Source of the DNA: Chiloscyllium plagiosum
Taxonomy: Eukaryota
Assembly: GCF_004010195.1 (NCBI RefSeq)
Contig: NC_057717.1
Coordinates: 106,197,735 to 106,257,370 of the forward strand
Length of the DNA stretch: 59,636 bases
Reading direction: 5' to 3'
Part shown: positions 1-12,353 of the stretch, piece after piece
Numbering within the stretch: position 1 is the stretch's first letter
Layout: each line of letters opens with the position of its first letter
The notes under the pieces: generated by a model
What the model saw: only the letters and a program-made list of their open reading frames with translations
Told to the model about the DNA's origin: nothing
Database searches by the model: none
Program-made: the position numbers and the translations under genes

Positions 1-162
1 CTATCTCTCTCCATAACTAAGGTGAAAGTCACAGAATTGTGGTCACCATCACCAAAATGTTCACCCACTAACAAGGCCATCACTTGTCCCGGTTCATTAC
101 CGAGTACCAAATCCAATATGGCCTCCCCTCTGGTCGGACAATCTACATACTGAGTTAGAAAA
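1..162 (-). mobile_element. CR1 LINE ORF2 endonuclease fragment (continues beyond window start)
   Basis: Minus-strand translation FLTQYVDCPTRGEAILDLVLGNEPGQV...GEHFGDGDHNSVTF matches the C-terminal motifs of an APE-type endonuclease. Confidence 0.85.
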
Positions 163-2699
163 AGGGACGATCACCTCATTGGGATTGTATTATACATCCC
201 CTAATAGTCAGAGGGAAATTGAGAAACAAATTTGTAAGGAGATCTCAGCTATCTGTGAGAATAACAGGGTGGTTATGGTAGGGGATTTTAATGTTTTAAA
301 CATAGACTGGGACTGCCGTAGTGTTAAGGGTTTAGATGGAGCGGAATTTGTTACGTGTGTGCAGAAAACTTTTCTGATTCACTATGTGGATGCACCTCCT
401 AGAGAAGGTGCAAAACTTGACCTACTCTTGGGAAATAAGGCAAGGCAGATGACTGAGGTGTCAATGGGGGAGTACTTTGGGGCCAGTGACCATAATTCTA
501 ATAGTTTTAAAATAGTGATGGAAAAGGATAGACCAGATCGGAAAGTTAAAGTTCTAAATTGGAGGAAGGCCAATTCTGACAGTATTAGGCAAGAACTTTC
601 AAAAGCTGATTGGGGACAGATGTTTGCAGGTGAAGGGATGGCTGGAAAATGGGAAGCCTTCAGAAATGAAATAACGAGAGTCCAGAGACAGTATATTCCT
701 GTTAGGATGAAAGGAAAGGCTGGTAGGTGTAGCGAAAGCTGGATTACTAAAGAAATGAGGGTTTGGTTAAGAAAAAGAAGGAAGCATATTATGGACAACA
801 TAGATCGAATTAATCCTCAGAAGAGTATAAAGGCAGTAGAAGTATACTTAAGAGGGAAATCAGGAGGGCAAAAAGTGGACATGAGGTGGCTTTGGCAAAT
901 AGAATTAAGGAGAATCCAAAGGCTTTTTACAAATACATTAAGGACAAAAGGGTAACTAGAATAGGGCTCCTCAAAGATGAGCAAGGCAGTCTTTGTGTGG
1001 AGTTGCAGGAGATAGGGAGATACTAAATGAGTATTTTGCATCAGTGTTTACTGTGGAAAAGGACATGGAAGATATAGAATGTAGGGAAATAGATGGTGAC
1101 ATCTTGAAAAATGTCCATATTGCAGAGAAGGAAGTGCTGAATGGATAAACCTCCAGGGCCTGGTCATGTGTACCTTAGAACTCTGTAGGAAGCTAGAAAA
1201 GTGATTGCTGGGCCCCTGGCTGAGATATTTGTATCATTGGTAGTCACAGATGGGGTGCCAGAAGACTGGAGGTTGATTAACGTGGTGCCACTGCTTAAGA
1301 AGGGTGGTAAGGACAAGCCAGGGAACTATAGACCGGTGAGCCTGACCTTGGTGTTGGGCAAATTGTTGGAGGCAATCCTGAGGGACAGGGTGTAAATGTA
1401 TTTGGAAAGGCAAGGACTGATCAGGGATAGTCAACATGACTTTGTGTGTGGGAAATCATGTCTCACAAACTTGATTGAGTTTTTTGAAGAAGTAACAAAG
1501 AAGATTGATGAGGGCAGAGCAGTAGATGTGATCTATATGGACTTCAGTAAGGCGTTCGACAAGGTTCCCCATGGGAGACTGGTTGGCAACATGGAATACA
1601 AGGAGATCTAGCCATTTGGATACAGAACTGGCTCAAAGGTAGAAGACAGAGGTTGGTGGTGAAGGGTTGTTTTTCAGACTGGAGGCCTTGTGGAGTGCCA
1701 CAAGGATTGGTGCTGGGTCCACTACTTTTCATCATTTACATTAATGATTTGGATATGAGCATAAGAGGTATAATTAGTAAGATTGCAGATGATATCAAAA
1801 TTGGAGGTGTAGTGGACAACGAAGAAGGTTACCTCAGATTATAACAAGATCTTGATCAGATGGGCCAGTGCACTGAGAAGTGGCAGATGGAGTTTAATTC
1901 AGATAAATGCGAGGTGCTGCATTTTGGGAAAGCAAATCTTAGCAGGACTTATACACTTAATGGTAAAGTCCTAGAGAGTGTTGCTGAACAAAGAGATCTT
2001 GGAGTAGGGGTTCATAGCTCCTTGAAAGTGGAGTCGCAGGAAGATAGGATCGTGAAGAAGGTGTTTGGTATGCTTTCCTTTATTGGTTAGAGTATTGAAT
2101 ACAGGAGTGGGGAGGTCATGTTGCGGCTGTACAGGACATTGGTTTACCACTGTTGGAATATTGCATGCAATTCTAGCTTCCTTCCTATTGGAAGGATGTT
2201 GTGAAATTTGAAAGGGTTCAGAAAAGATTTACAAGAATGTTGCCAGGGTTGGAGGATTTGAGCTATAGGGAGAGGATGAATAGGCTGGGGCTGTTTTCCC
2301 TGGAGTGTCGGAGGCTGTGGGGTGACCTTATAGGGATTTATAAAATCATGAGATGTATGGATAGGATAAATAGGCAAAGTCTTTTCCCTGGGGTCGGGGA
2401 GTCCTTAACTAGAGAGCATAGGTTTAGGGTGAGAGGGGAAAGATATAAAAGAGACCTAAGGGGAAACCTTTTCACGCAGAGGGTGGTACGTGTATGGAAT
2501 GAGCTGCCAGAGGAAGTGGTGGAGGCTAGTACAATTGCAACATTTACAAGGCATCTGGATGGATAAATGAATAGGAAGGGTTTGGAGGGATATGGGCCAG
2601 GTGCTGGCAGGTGGGACTAGATTGGGTTGGGATATCTGATCGATATGGATGAATTGGACCAAAGGGTCTGCTTCATGCTGTACATCTCTATGATTCTAA
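160..2699 (+). mobile_element. CR1 LINE (HER1-like), 5'-truncated, ORF2 EN+RT with stops and frameshifts
   Basis: Motifs MVGDFN, SDHN, PGNYRPVSLT, YMDFSKAFDKVPH, GVPQGLVLGPLLF, KIADD, FTQRVVRVWNELP; ends in a tctatgattcta tail. Confidence 0.95.
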
Positions 2700-2719
2700 G
2701 TCAGAATGAAGATTGTTTT

Positions 2720-4805
2720 GGACAGGAATTTACCTGGTGGTGGTGTTCCCGTGTATATCCTGTCGTTGTCCTTCTATTTGGAAGTGGTCATGGGTTTCAA
2801 AAATGCTGTTTAAGAAGTCTTTGTGAATTTACACAATGCATCTTGTAGATATACACACTGCTGCTGAGTGTTTGTGATGGAAGGAGTGGATATTTGTGGA
2901 TGTGGTGTCAGTCAAGCAGACTGCTCTGTCCTGGATGGTGTCAAGCAACTTCAGTGTTGTTGGAATTGCACACATCCAGGTAAATGGGAAGTATTGTATC
3001 ACACTCCTGAAATGCCCCTTGTAGATGCTGAACAGGCTTTGGTGAGTTAGGAGCTAAATTACTCACTGCAGGATTCCTAACCCTCTGACCCACTGGGTTT
3101 ATACTGCTACTCCAGTTCAATTTCTGGTGGATGGTAATCCCCAGATTGTTGATAGAAGAGGAAAAAGTGATGGTAATACCATTAAATGTCAAGGGATGAT
3201 GGTTAGACTCTCTGATATTGGAGATGGTCATTCCTTAGTATTTGTATGGTGTAAATATTACTTGCTACTTGTCAGCCCAACTTGGGTATTGCCCAGGTCT
3301 TGCTGCATTTGGACATGGGCATCTTCAGAGATAAATGGGCTGAACACTGTGCAATTATCAGTGAACCTCCCCACTTCTAACTTTATGATGAAGAAAAGGT
3401 CATTGATGAAGTAGCTGAAGATTGTTGAACCTAGAACACTACCCTGAGCAACTCCCACAGAGATGTCTTGGATCTGAGATGGCTGACTGCCAACAACCAC
3501 AACCATCTTTCGTTGTGCCAGTTTTGATTCCAAACAGCAAACAGATTTTCCCCTTGAATTCATTGACTCCAGTTTTGCAAGAGCTGTTTGATGCGACACT
3601 CACCAATATGACCTTGATGACAAGGACAGTCTCCCTCACCTTACCTCAAGAATTCAGATTTTTTGCCAAGTTTTGAGCCATGGCTATAATGAGGTAAGGA
3701 GCTGAGTAGCCTTGCCAGAAGCCAAACTTGGTGTTAGTGAGCAGGTTGTTGATAAGGTAGTGATGATTGATGGCACTGTTGACAACCTATTCCCTCACTT
3801 TACTGATGATCAAGAATAAACTGATTGGCCAGTAATTGGATTTTTCCTGCTTTTAGTGTACAAGATGTGCCTGGGCAGTTTTCCACATTGTCAGGTAGAT
3901 GCCAGTGTTGTAACTGTACTGGAACAGCTTGGCTAAGGTGTGGCAAGTTGTGGAGCACATGCCTTCAGTACTCTTACTGAAATATTGTCAGGGCTTATCG
4001 TCTTTGCAACATCCAGTGCCTGTCGTCATTCCTTGATATCAAGTGGAGGCAATCAGATTGGTGGAAGACTGGCATCTATGATGCTGGGGACCTTTGAAGG
4101 AGGCTGAAATTGATCATCTGCTCGGCACTTCTGGTTGAAGATTGTTGCAAACGCTTCAGCCTTATTTTTTGCACTGATGTGCTGGGCTCTCCCATCATTG
4201 AGGATTGGGATATTTTTGGAACCTACTCCTTTAGTGAGTTATTTAACTGTCCACCACCATTCATAACTGAATGTTCAAGGTTTGTGTGAAGATTTGTAGC
4301 TTGGATGCCAGTTGTTGTAGTTATAGGAGTATTTGCTGAGCTCGGAAGTTGATTTGCACACGTTTTGTTCCCTGTCTAGGTGACATCTTCAGTGTTTTGG
4401 AGCCTCCTGTGAAGTGCTGCTGTACTGTGTCACCTGGAATTTATTTGGTTCCCATATTGGGTATGGGTCTATGTGCTTGTTGATAGAATCCGTGGATATT
4501 AGTACATAGACTTAGACCCAATTTTCCAGCCATTACAATTTCAAACAGAACTTGCAACTGGAAGCAGCAGGAACAGAACCAAATAAATTCCAGAAGACAC
4601 AGTATACAGCAGCGCTTCACTGGAAGCCCCAAAGCACTGAAGATGTCACCTCGACAGGGAACAAAATCTCTGCTTGTCAATTTCCCAGCCTAGCGAACAT
4701 ACGCACAACTACAATAACTGAATATGGCTGGATTAGATCTGATTTGTTGATTGTGGAATCACTTAGCTTTAACTGTCACTTGCTGGTTATGTTTTATGGC
4801 ATGCA
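2720..4805 (-). mobile_element. Decayed non-LTR retrotransposon (second CR1-clade family), RT and 3' region, interrupted by a PLE at 4273-4713
   Basis: ORF 3258-3599 has GVAQGSVLGSTIFSYFINDL...FTDNCT; homologous to 49590-51815; the host sequence resumes after the 10-bp TSD. Confidence 0.8.
4273..4713 (-). mobile_element. Penelope-like element (Poseidon-type) fold-back insertion with diverged arms
   Basis: Imperfect inverted arms ~4312-4452 and ~4575-4714; unpaired tail on the left; TSD ataactgaat at 4263-4272 and 4714-4723; decayed hammerhead-like ctgaaga-tgtcacct...aggg. Confidence 0.75.
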
Positions 4806-4809
4806 ATTT

Positions 4810-5009
4810 CAGGAAGTTCTGCTATAACGTGCGTTTCATTAACATAAATTCACTGTCACATGATTGACAAATTGGGGACACTGTTTCTAAAGTATGAAGT
4901 TTTAAAGCATGTATTGGTTATAATGCTATTCTGGCCCCATTAGTTTAAATGGTGCTGCTATTACACAATTTTCTTACAACACGGGATTGCATGGGAACGG
5001 AACTACCTG
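4810..5009. mobile_element. Decayed non-autonomous DNA transposon (Tigger/pogo-like MITE)
   Basis: Ends caggaagttc ... gaactacctg form a 10-bp TIR with 1 mismatch; no coding capacity. Confidence 0.5.
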
Positions 5010-5061
5010 CCAGTGTTTCCTTGGTTTAAAGCAACATCTCCTGAGGAAGAAGAACCACCAA

Positions 5062-5463
5062 GATACCTAAACACCAACTAGCCACAAAAAGACATGAGCC
5101 TTTCTCACTAGTATCCTTACATACAGATAAGGAAGGACACCGCTTCGACTGGGACAACACATCCATCGTAGGACAAGCCAAAAGAAGACATGCACGAGAA
5201 TTCCTAGAAGCATGGCATTTGAACCGAATTCTATCAACAAACACATCGAGTTAGACCCCATCTACCATCCCCTGAGAAAAGGAACAGGAAGTGACTTCAC
5301 CACAGGAAATAATATCACCACAGGAAATGACATCGCCAACCCAAAGAAACCCAAACATATAAAAAGAAAGCAGGAAGTTTCAGCATGATGTTACCCAGTA
5401 GGGTAACAAAACGTCTGGAAATGAACCTTCCTGCTCAGCGACCAAACCTACATCCAAAAAAAA
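5062..5463 (+). mobile_element. Penelope-like element 3' end (GIY-YIG C-terminus plus pLTR)
   Basis: Translates HQLATKRHEPFSLVSLHTDKEGHRFDWDNTSIVGQAKRRHAREFLEAWH..SINKHIELDPIY; hairpin gttaccc-agta-gggtaac followed by aaaacgtc. Confidence 0.85.
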
Positions 5464-5469
5464 GTCAAT

Positions 5470-5740
5470 AATGAGTTCTAGCATTGAGAGCTAGGTTGTT
5501 CTCAGTGCACCATTTTTCCAGGTATTCCACCTTCCATCTGTAGCCTGTTTCGTTATTATCTGAGATTCAACTAACTATGGTGGTGTCATCAGCAAACTTG
5601 TAAATGGCATTAGTCTGGTATTTGGTGACACAGTCATGGGTATACAGTGAGTACAGTAGGGGGCTGAGTATACTCCCCTGGGGGGGCTCCAGTGTTGAGT
5701 GTTAGTGAGGATGAAATATTGTCCCAAATCTTCACTATCT
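5470..5740 (-). mobile_element. Rex1/Babar LINE RT fragment
   Basis: Minus strand reads LTLNTGAP/QGSILSPLLYSLYTHDCVTKYQTNAIYKFADDTTIV. Confidence 0.8.
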
Positions 5741-5914
5741 GGCCTGGCCTTTATGTAACTCCATAACGATGTGGTTGACTCTTGACTATCCTCTGAAATA
5801 GCATAGCAAGCTGTTGATAGTTAAATTGCCAGCAAGCCATTGCTAAGTTAGACATGGGCAACAATGCTGGCCTTACCAGTAACACCCACATCTCATGAAA
5901 GAATTTTTAAAAAA
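5739..5914 (+). mobile_element. SINE 3' half (family of 55836-56152)
   Basis: Contains gatgtggttgactcttgact...gggcaacaatgctggcc...cccacatctcatgaaagaa, shared with the copies at 55836 and 56380. Confidence 0.65.
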
Positions 5915-6607
5915 TTGTGCTTCCTGGAATTTGAACCCTTCACCCATTGAGAATAATTTGTTGAATCACCACAAGCATTCAAAGAAACCAAGCTTGAATT
6001 CCTTAACCTTGAGTTTGTTTGTCTTTATGTAATATGGATTAATGGACTGACATATTATTCAACATATCAATTGAATAATGTTTTCAAGTTGTAAAGGCTG
6101 TTGAACCTAGTGCCTCTGAAAGGATTTTTATCAATTTCTTGCTAATTTGCAGACACCACACATACTTTCACTAATCTACTGTATTGGAGAATTGTAGTGA
6201 GATTTTTCTCATGCTTAAACATGCCTAATTCACGCTTACTTTCATTCCTAAGGCAAAATAGTGCGGTTCAGGCTTCAATGAAAGCCATTGTTTGAAGGTA
6301 ATAATAGTTTATGATGCTGTTTCAAAGCTGTACTTGCCTACTCTGTTTAGTGATGGTGGCAGATTACATTAACTCTTTCACCTACATCAATTTATATAAT
6401 TCTTTGGATTGTATCTCTCTCAGCCCACCATGTTTAACTATCTTCAGTTAAGAGATTGGGATATTCTAATAGGAGTTTGTCTTTAGTAATATTTCTTTTA
6501 AAAAATATATCAAATGGTGATATATTGGGCTTAATTGTAGGGTTCTAAGTTGGAGAGATTGACGCTGCCAGGCCTATCAAGGCTTTTTGCCACATCTTAC
6601 AAACTTG

Positions 6608-7250
6608 TGTTATGGACCAGACTAGACCCCCTCAAAACATTTTAAGAAAGTCGACTAGACCCTAACTTTGCTAGTTATTTTAAGTACATGTAATTTGGAT
6701 ATTCCAGGAGGAATGCAGCTGGTCATACTACTTAGTTTTAAACAAAACAGAACTTAATTTCAAGATTGCGGAATGAAACACAAATAAGAGAACACAATTC
6801 TGAATAATTTAACCTGTCTGAAAACTCAACAGATTAAACCAACTTAATGATGCTGTTCCAACTACTTCAACAGTCCCCATAAACACCCCTTGGCACAAGA
6901 GGTAAAATCAAACTCAGGGTCTTACAGGGGAGATGTCAGAGAGATGGAGGATCAGCATGTAGCTGCTTCTTTGAATCCAGCAGCTTTTACAACTGGCTGC
7001 CTGCTTTCAGTGAATAGCCAGACCAAACCAAATCAGAGAAAAGCTGAGCTGGGAGAACTGGCCAGTCCCCTTTTATTATACAAGTGTTATTTCTAAAGCT
7101 TGAAAGCCTTTTTCCTGAGGCAGTATCAATTAGCTATAAGGAAATTGGCTCTCAGACTCTTCAAATTTAGACTTTTCGGAATCTGTGACTTTTACAACCT
7201 CTCTGAAAAAAAGGCCACCATAACCTTGTTAAAGGAGCAGCATCATCACA
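6608..7250 (-). repeat. 3' LTR of the Gmr1-like element
   Basis: TG...CA termini (tgttatgg ... catcatcaca) abutting a polypurine tract on the minus strand (cctccccccctcc from 7251). Confidence 0.85.
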
Positions 7251-10200
7251 CCTCCCCCCCTCCTTAAAAAACAGTGAACCATCAATATCCAAAGATGGCT
7301 TCATTTTAAAACCCCTTAATTTTAAACTGTCAGTACCCTGTAACACGCACATACACTACATTGACAATAATCATGCAAACATGCACTACTACATTATGTT
7401 TCAGTCTGTTGTAGTCCTGCCACTGAATGCCTCCGTTTCTCATTTAAGTCTCAACAATGCGTCGGCAATCACGTTTTCTCATCCTGCCACATGCACAATT
7501 TTCAAATTGAATGGCTGTAACAACAAGCTCCATCTAAACAATTTGACATTTTTGTCCTTAAATTTCTCCACAAACTTCAATGGATTATGATCAGTGTATA
7601 TGATTGTCTCAGATATGTTACTGGTAGCATAAACTTTGAAATGTTGTAACGTCAACACCAAGCTCAAAGAGTCCTTCTCAACTGTCGAATATTTCTGCTG
7701 ATGAATGTTCATTTTCTTGGAGAAATACCCGATAGGTCTTTCTATCTTCTCATTATCTTAATAGAAGAGCACAGCACTGACACCCACATCACTTGCATCG
7801 ATAGCCACCTTGAATGGCTTTGTGTAATTAGGTATGACTAACAAACGTTCAGTGGTTAACACAACTTTCAGGCTATCAAATGCCTTCTGACAGTCTGCTG
7901 TCCACTGAAACCTCTTGTCTTTCTTTAGCAATTCAGTGAGTGAAGCAGCCATACTGCTAAAATTTGGTATAAATTTTTGATAAAATCCACTCAATCCCAG
8001 AAACTGTTGTGCTGCTCTGTTTTGTTGATGGTATGGGAAACTCCCCAATTATCTTTGTTTTTGCATTCCATGGGGCTGTTTGTCCATGTCCAGTAACATG
8101 GCCCAGGGAGGTGACTTGGATTTTGGCAAATTCACTTTTAGCCAGGCTTATCAGCAAGCCTCCCTTCTGAAGTCGATCAAACAAGTCTGATAAATGTTGC
8201 AAATGTTCCTACCACGTGTGACTAAAAATCAACAGGTCATCAATATATGTGACACAATTGGGTAATCTGGCAATGACCTTATTGGTTAGTCTCTGAAATG
8301 TTGCTGGTGCATTTTTCATACCAAACAACATGACTTTAAACTGATACAGTCCATTTGGCGTTACCAAAGCTGAAATTGTCTTCACTCTTTCTGACAAAGG
8401 TACCTGCCAGTATCCTCTGTGCAAGTCCAGCTTAGAAATATGTGTTGCTTGTCCCACCTTCTCGACACAGTCTTCCAAACACAGAATGAGACATGCATCA
8501 GTCCTTCTAATTTTGCAATAGTTCACACATAACTGTTGGGTATCACCTGGTTTTGGCACCATTACTATGGGTGAGCTCTAGTCACTGTAACTCACTTCAG
8601 TTATGTTGTCTTGGAACATGCATTCAATCTCCTTTTGAACCTGTGCCAAATTTAGAGAATTATTTCTATAGGGATATTGCTTAATTGGAACAGCATCTCC
8701 TGTACCTACATCATGCGTAGTTAGGTTAGTATTTCCCATCTTATTTCCACATATCTCCCCATGTGATAGAATAACTCTTTCAGGTCATTTTGATTTTCCT
8801 CTGGAAGGTAACTCAATAATTTATCCCAATTTTTGACAATTTCCTCATTGTCCAATTTAATTTGAGAAATGTCCAATTCAGAATCCTCTGAACCTGGTAC
8901 TTCCCTTTGTGTTGTAACCAATAACACAACCTCCTTTGGCTTTCCTTCCCTGTCAAAATACCTTGACAGGGTATTCACATGACACAGTTTGTCAGATTTC
9001 TTTCTCTCTGGAGTCCTTATCAAATAGTTCACCTCACTCAATTTCCTTTTGATTTGATAAGGTCCACTAAACTTTGCTTTTAAAGGTTCACCTATCACTG
9101 GGAGTAACACTAACACCTTATCTCCATTAGCAAAATTGTGAAATTTTGATTTCTTGTCTGCTTCCCATTTCATTGTATGCTGTAATACTTTTAAATGCTG
9201 TCTAACCAACTCTCCCACTCTTTTTTAATTGTTTCTACAAATTTGACACATAGTCCAAATATGTGGCCTCTAAATTCTGACATACTAATTTCTCCTTAAT
9301 CAATTTCAGCAGTTCTCTCACTTCATACCCAAAAGCTTGTTCAAATAGACTGAATTTGGTCAATTCATTTGATGCGTCTCTGATCACAAAAAGCACAAAT
9401 GAAATTCCCTTATCCCAATCATTTGGATAATCTTGACCATAAGCCCTCAATATGGTCTGATGCCACCTTTCTAGCGCTTCCTGCAACTCTGCACAGTACG
9501 CAGTAGATTTGAATTGTTTTATTCCTAAGCTGTCCATATCTTTCTTGAATAATTTTGATATGAAATTTGACCCTTGATCTGATTGTATCACTGTGGGTAG
9601 TCCATATCTAGTGAAACATTTGAGTAACTCCTCTATAATCCTTTTACCTGTGATATTGCATAATGGGACAGCCTCTGTAAATCTAGCGGACACATCCATT
9701 ATTGTTGACAAATACTGATTCCCACTTTTTGTCTTAGGTGGGGGTCTACGCAATCAATTAAGACTCTTATAAAAGGTTCCTCAAATGCAGGAACATGTAC
9801 TAAAGGTATGGGTTTCATTACTGCCTGTGGTTTTCCAATTATCTGACATGTCTGGCAAAATTCAACTACTTCCTTGTGCAGTCCAGGTCAGTAAAAATGT
9901 TTTCGTATTTTAGTTTGTGTTTTTCTTACTCCTAAATAACCCCCTACTGGTAGCTCATGTGCCACTCACAACACCTACACTCTATAACCCACTGGCAATA
10001 CGACCTGATGAACATCTGCCCATTTCTCATCTGCCTGAATGTGTGATGGTCTCAATTTCCTCATTAAGACATCATTTTTAAGATAATTACATGCATGGAT
10101 ACATTCAGATTCTTTTTCAGTGTGTGCCTTTTGATACAATTTGCTTTAAATTTTCATCTTTTTGCTGTAACTCCGTTAATGTATCTGAACTAAAGATGTC

Positions 10201-11454
10201 TGTTTTGTCATCTATCTGCTCCTGGTTTGTGCCAACCATCTGCTCAAACAGGGTCTCTGCTAATTCCACTTCAAGCTTCTTATCTATACTCTTTGATCTT
10301 CCTGATTTAACTGGTGACTTTGTGACCTCGTTACCACACAGTCAGGAAAAATCCCAGGGTATATGTCCTGCAATAGTTCTCTTTACCTGCTGCTCCTGGC
10401 CTATGTGAGTAAACTTTACCTTTGCGGGTGTATGGTTTAAGAAGATCTGGCATTTCCTCCTTAACCAGCCTTTGACCAAGTGGTTCTTTCTGGTGCAGTT
10501 CTCTAGCCTCCGTTGTGCTTTCCATTACCATTCCCAACAAAATTCACTGGTTTATCCTGTTTTCCTATATCTGGCTTCCCAGCTCTTTTCCTAACCTACC
10601 AACACAGTGATTTCATTGCGGGGGAAACACCGGAGCTTTTAAACTTCTCTTTCCCCTTCAAGGGTTTCCTTTTTACTCTGTGGTAAGTTACCCTTATAAT
10701 CTTCACTGAGATTTACCTTTCCTGTTCCACTCAAGGATTTCTCTTTTCCTCAATTCCTATCCCTCATGGATTGAAATTGATTTTGGAAGCCAAACTCATT
10801 ATCATAATACATTTCAGCTGATAATCTTGCCGCTTTAACTCCCTGCTCTTCCACGTGAGTTCTCACAACTTTAGGAAGTGAATTTTTGAATTCCTCCAAA
10901 ATAATCATCTTTCTGAGGGTGTCGTAGGTTTTCTCTATTTTTAGTGCCCTTATCTCCCTATTAAAATTACTTTGTTTGATCCTTTCAAACTCATTGTAGG
11001 TTTGACCAGGATCCCTTCTTAGATTCCTGAAACATTGTCTGTAGGCTTCTGGCACAAGCTCAAATGCTCTTCCCCTCCTCATACGCCCCAGACATCTCCT
11101 CTGATAGTGATGCGAATACCTCACGAGCTCCACCTACAAGTTTTGTTTGGATCAACAAAACCCACATGATCACTGGCAACTGCATTTCTTTAGCCACCTT
11201 TTCAAATGAGATCAAATCTCATCAAATTTAGGCAATGCTTCAAGTGATTTAAACAGTTTCTCACCAGGCCTTTTGCTACCATGGGTTTGCTCATCCTCAC
11301 TCTCTTTCTCACTAAGCTTACCTTCAGCCTTCATCTCCAATCTTTTAAGCTGACTTTCCTGACTAAGTGCCAATTTCTGAAGTTCAAACTCCCTCCTTTC
11401 CTTTTCTGTCTCCCTCTTCTCTTTCTTTCTCTTCTCCCTCTCTTTCTCTCTTTT

Positions 11455-11560
11455 TCTTTTTGTTCTGCTAAAACGATTCATTCTTCTTTTTTGTTCTGCT
11501 AAAACGATTTGTTCTTTTTTATTTTTATTCTGCTAAAACGATTTGTTCTTTTTCTCTTCC
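11455..11560. repeat. Three ~31-36 bp tandem units in the gag coiled-coil region
   Basis: ttctgctaaaacgatt occurs three times in succession. Confidence 0.8.
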
Positions 11561-11873
11561 CTCTGCTTTTAATTGTAATTCAAACTGTTTTATTTCTGTT
11601 GACCTTTCCTTGTCTTTGTCTCTAAGTCAAACTGCTTCATTTTCAATTGAATTTTCGCCATCTGATGACATTTCCAGAAAATCTAAATGCTGAGTAATTG
11701 CTGTAATTATCTCTCCTTTCCTCATGGGAGGAGGCAGCTCCAGCTCCAGCATGTATGCTAATTCCAGCAGTTTGACCTTAATCACCTTTTGCAAAACCCC
11801 CAAAGTCACTTCTTCCACCCCCAGAAAACTCTTGGTGACTGAAAGAGCCATTACTAGCCCAAGCACTGTTAAA

Positions 11874-12070
11874 GGAGAAAGTGAGGTCTGCAGATGCTGG
11901 AGATCAGAGCTGGAAATGTGTTGCTGGAAAAGCGCAGCAGGTCAGGCAGCATCCAGGGAACAGGAGAATCGACGTTTCCTGAAGAAGGGCTTATGCCCGA
12001 AACGTCGATTCTCCTGTTCCCAGGATGCTGCCTGACCTGCTGCGCTTTTCCAGCAACACATTTCCAGCTC
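11874..12070 (-). mobile_element. Short PLE fold-back insertion with a hammerhead core
   Basis: 72-bp inverted arms 11907-11978 and 11999-12070 (1 mismatch); 33-nt unpaired tail 11874-11906; TSD aagcactgttaaa at 11861-11873 and 12071-12083. Confidence 0.9.
11976..12010 (+). ncRNA. Minimal PLE-type hammerhead ribozyme motif
   Basis: ttc-CTGAAGA-a-GGGC-ttat-GCCC-GAA-ACGT-C-gat: catalytic core, 4-bp stem II, palindromic ACGT stem III, GUC site. Confidence 0.7.
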
Positions 12071-12269
12071 AAGCACTGTTAAAATCAACAATTCAACACC
12101 CAGAACAAAAGACACGAACACATACCACTCGCTGCTTTTGAGCCCAACAACCCTAATCCCAATTTGGAACTATAGAACAAATCCCGGACAAGCGCTGTCA
12201 ATCCAGAGCTGCCCTGCACAGTTTCTGACATTTGCCCTGGACATGAGAGACAGGAGGAAATCTAATCAA

Positions 12270-12353
12270 ATTCAGAGATGTTATTACAGGTGGGAAATGA
12301 ACCTGGACCTCTAAATCCAGAGGTAGAGATGCTGCCACTGTACCACAAAAGCC
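12270..12353 (-). mobile_element. tRNA-derived SINE head fragment
   Basis: Reverse complement ggcttttgtggtacagtggcagcatc...ccaggttcatttccca has A-box and B-box-like motifs. Confidence 0.45.

Larger units (their letters stand above)
6608..12197 (-). mobile_element. Gmr1-like Gypsy LTR retrotransposon, decayed; order gag-(PR)-IN-RT-RNaseH; 5' LTR missing
   Basis: gag with SCAN-like RAFELVPEAYRQCFRNLRR (10750-11133); integrase GNQYLSTIMD..IQSDQGSNF (9235-9753); RT KLDLHRGYWQV..YIDDL (8209-8562); RNase H IDASDVG, YTDHNPL (7479-8048); decayed tRNA-Pro-type PBS near 12179-12197. Confidence 0.9.

Noticed and set aside
1..520. Twin-priming inversion at the head-to-head CR1 junction near 160
   Set aside because: The two pieces overlap the same EN region with clearly different sequences, so they are separate subfamily copies
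179..2566. Functional or domesticated RT gene, retron or DGR
   Set aside because: Ordinary CR1 ORF2 broken by multiple stops and frameshifts; no bacterial features
6253..6297. 45-nt exon candidate (cctaag|...gaag|gtaata)
   Set aside because: Stop codons in all three frames
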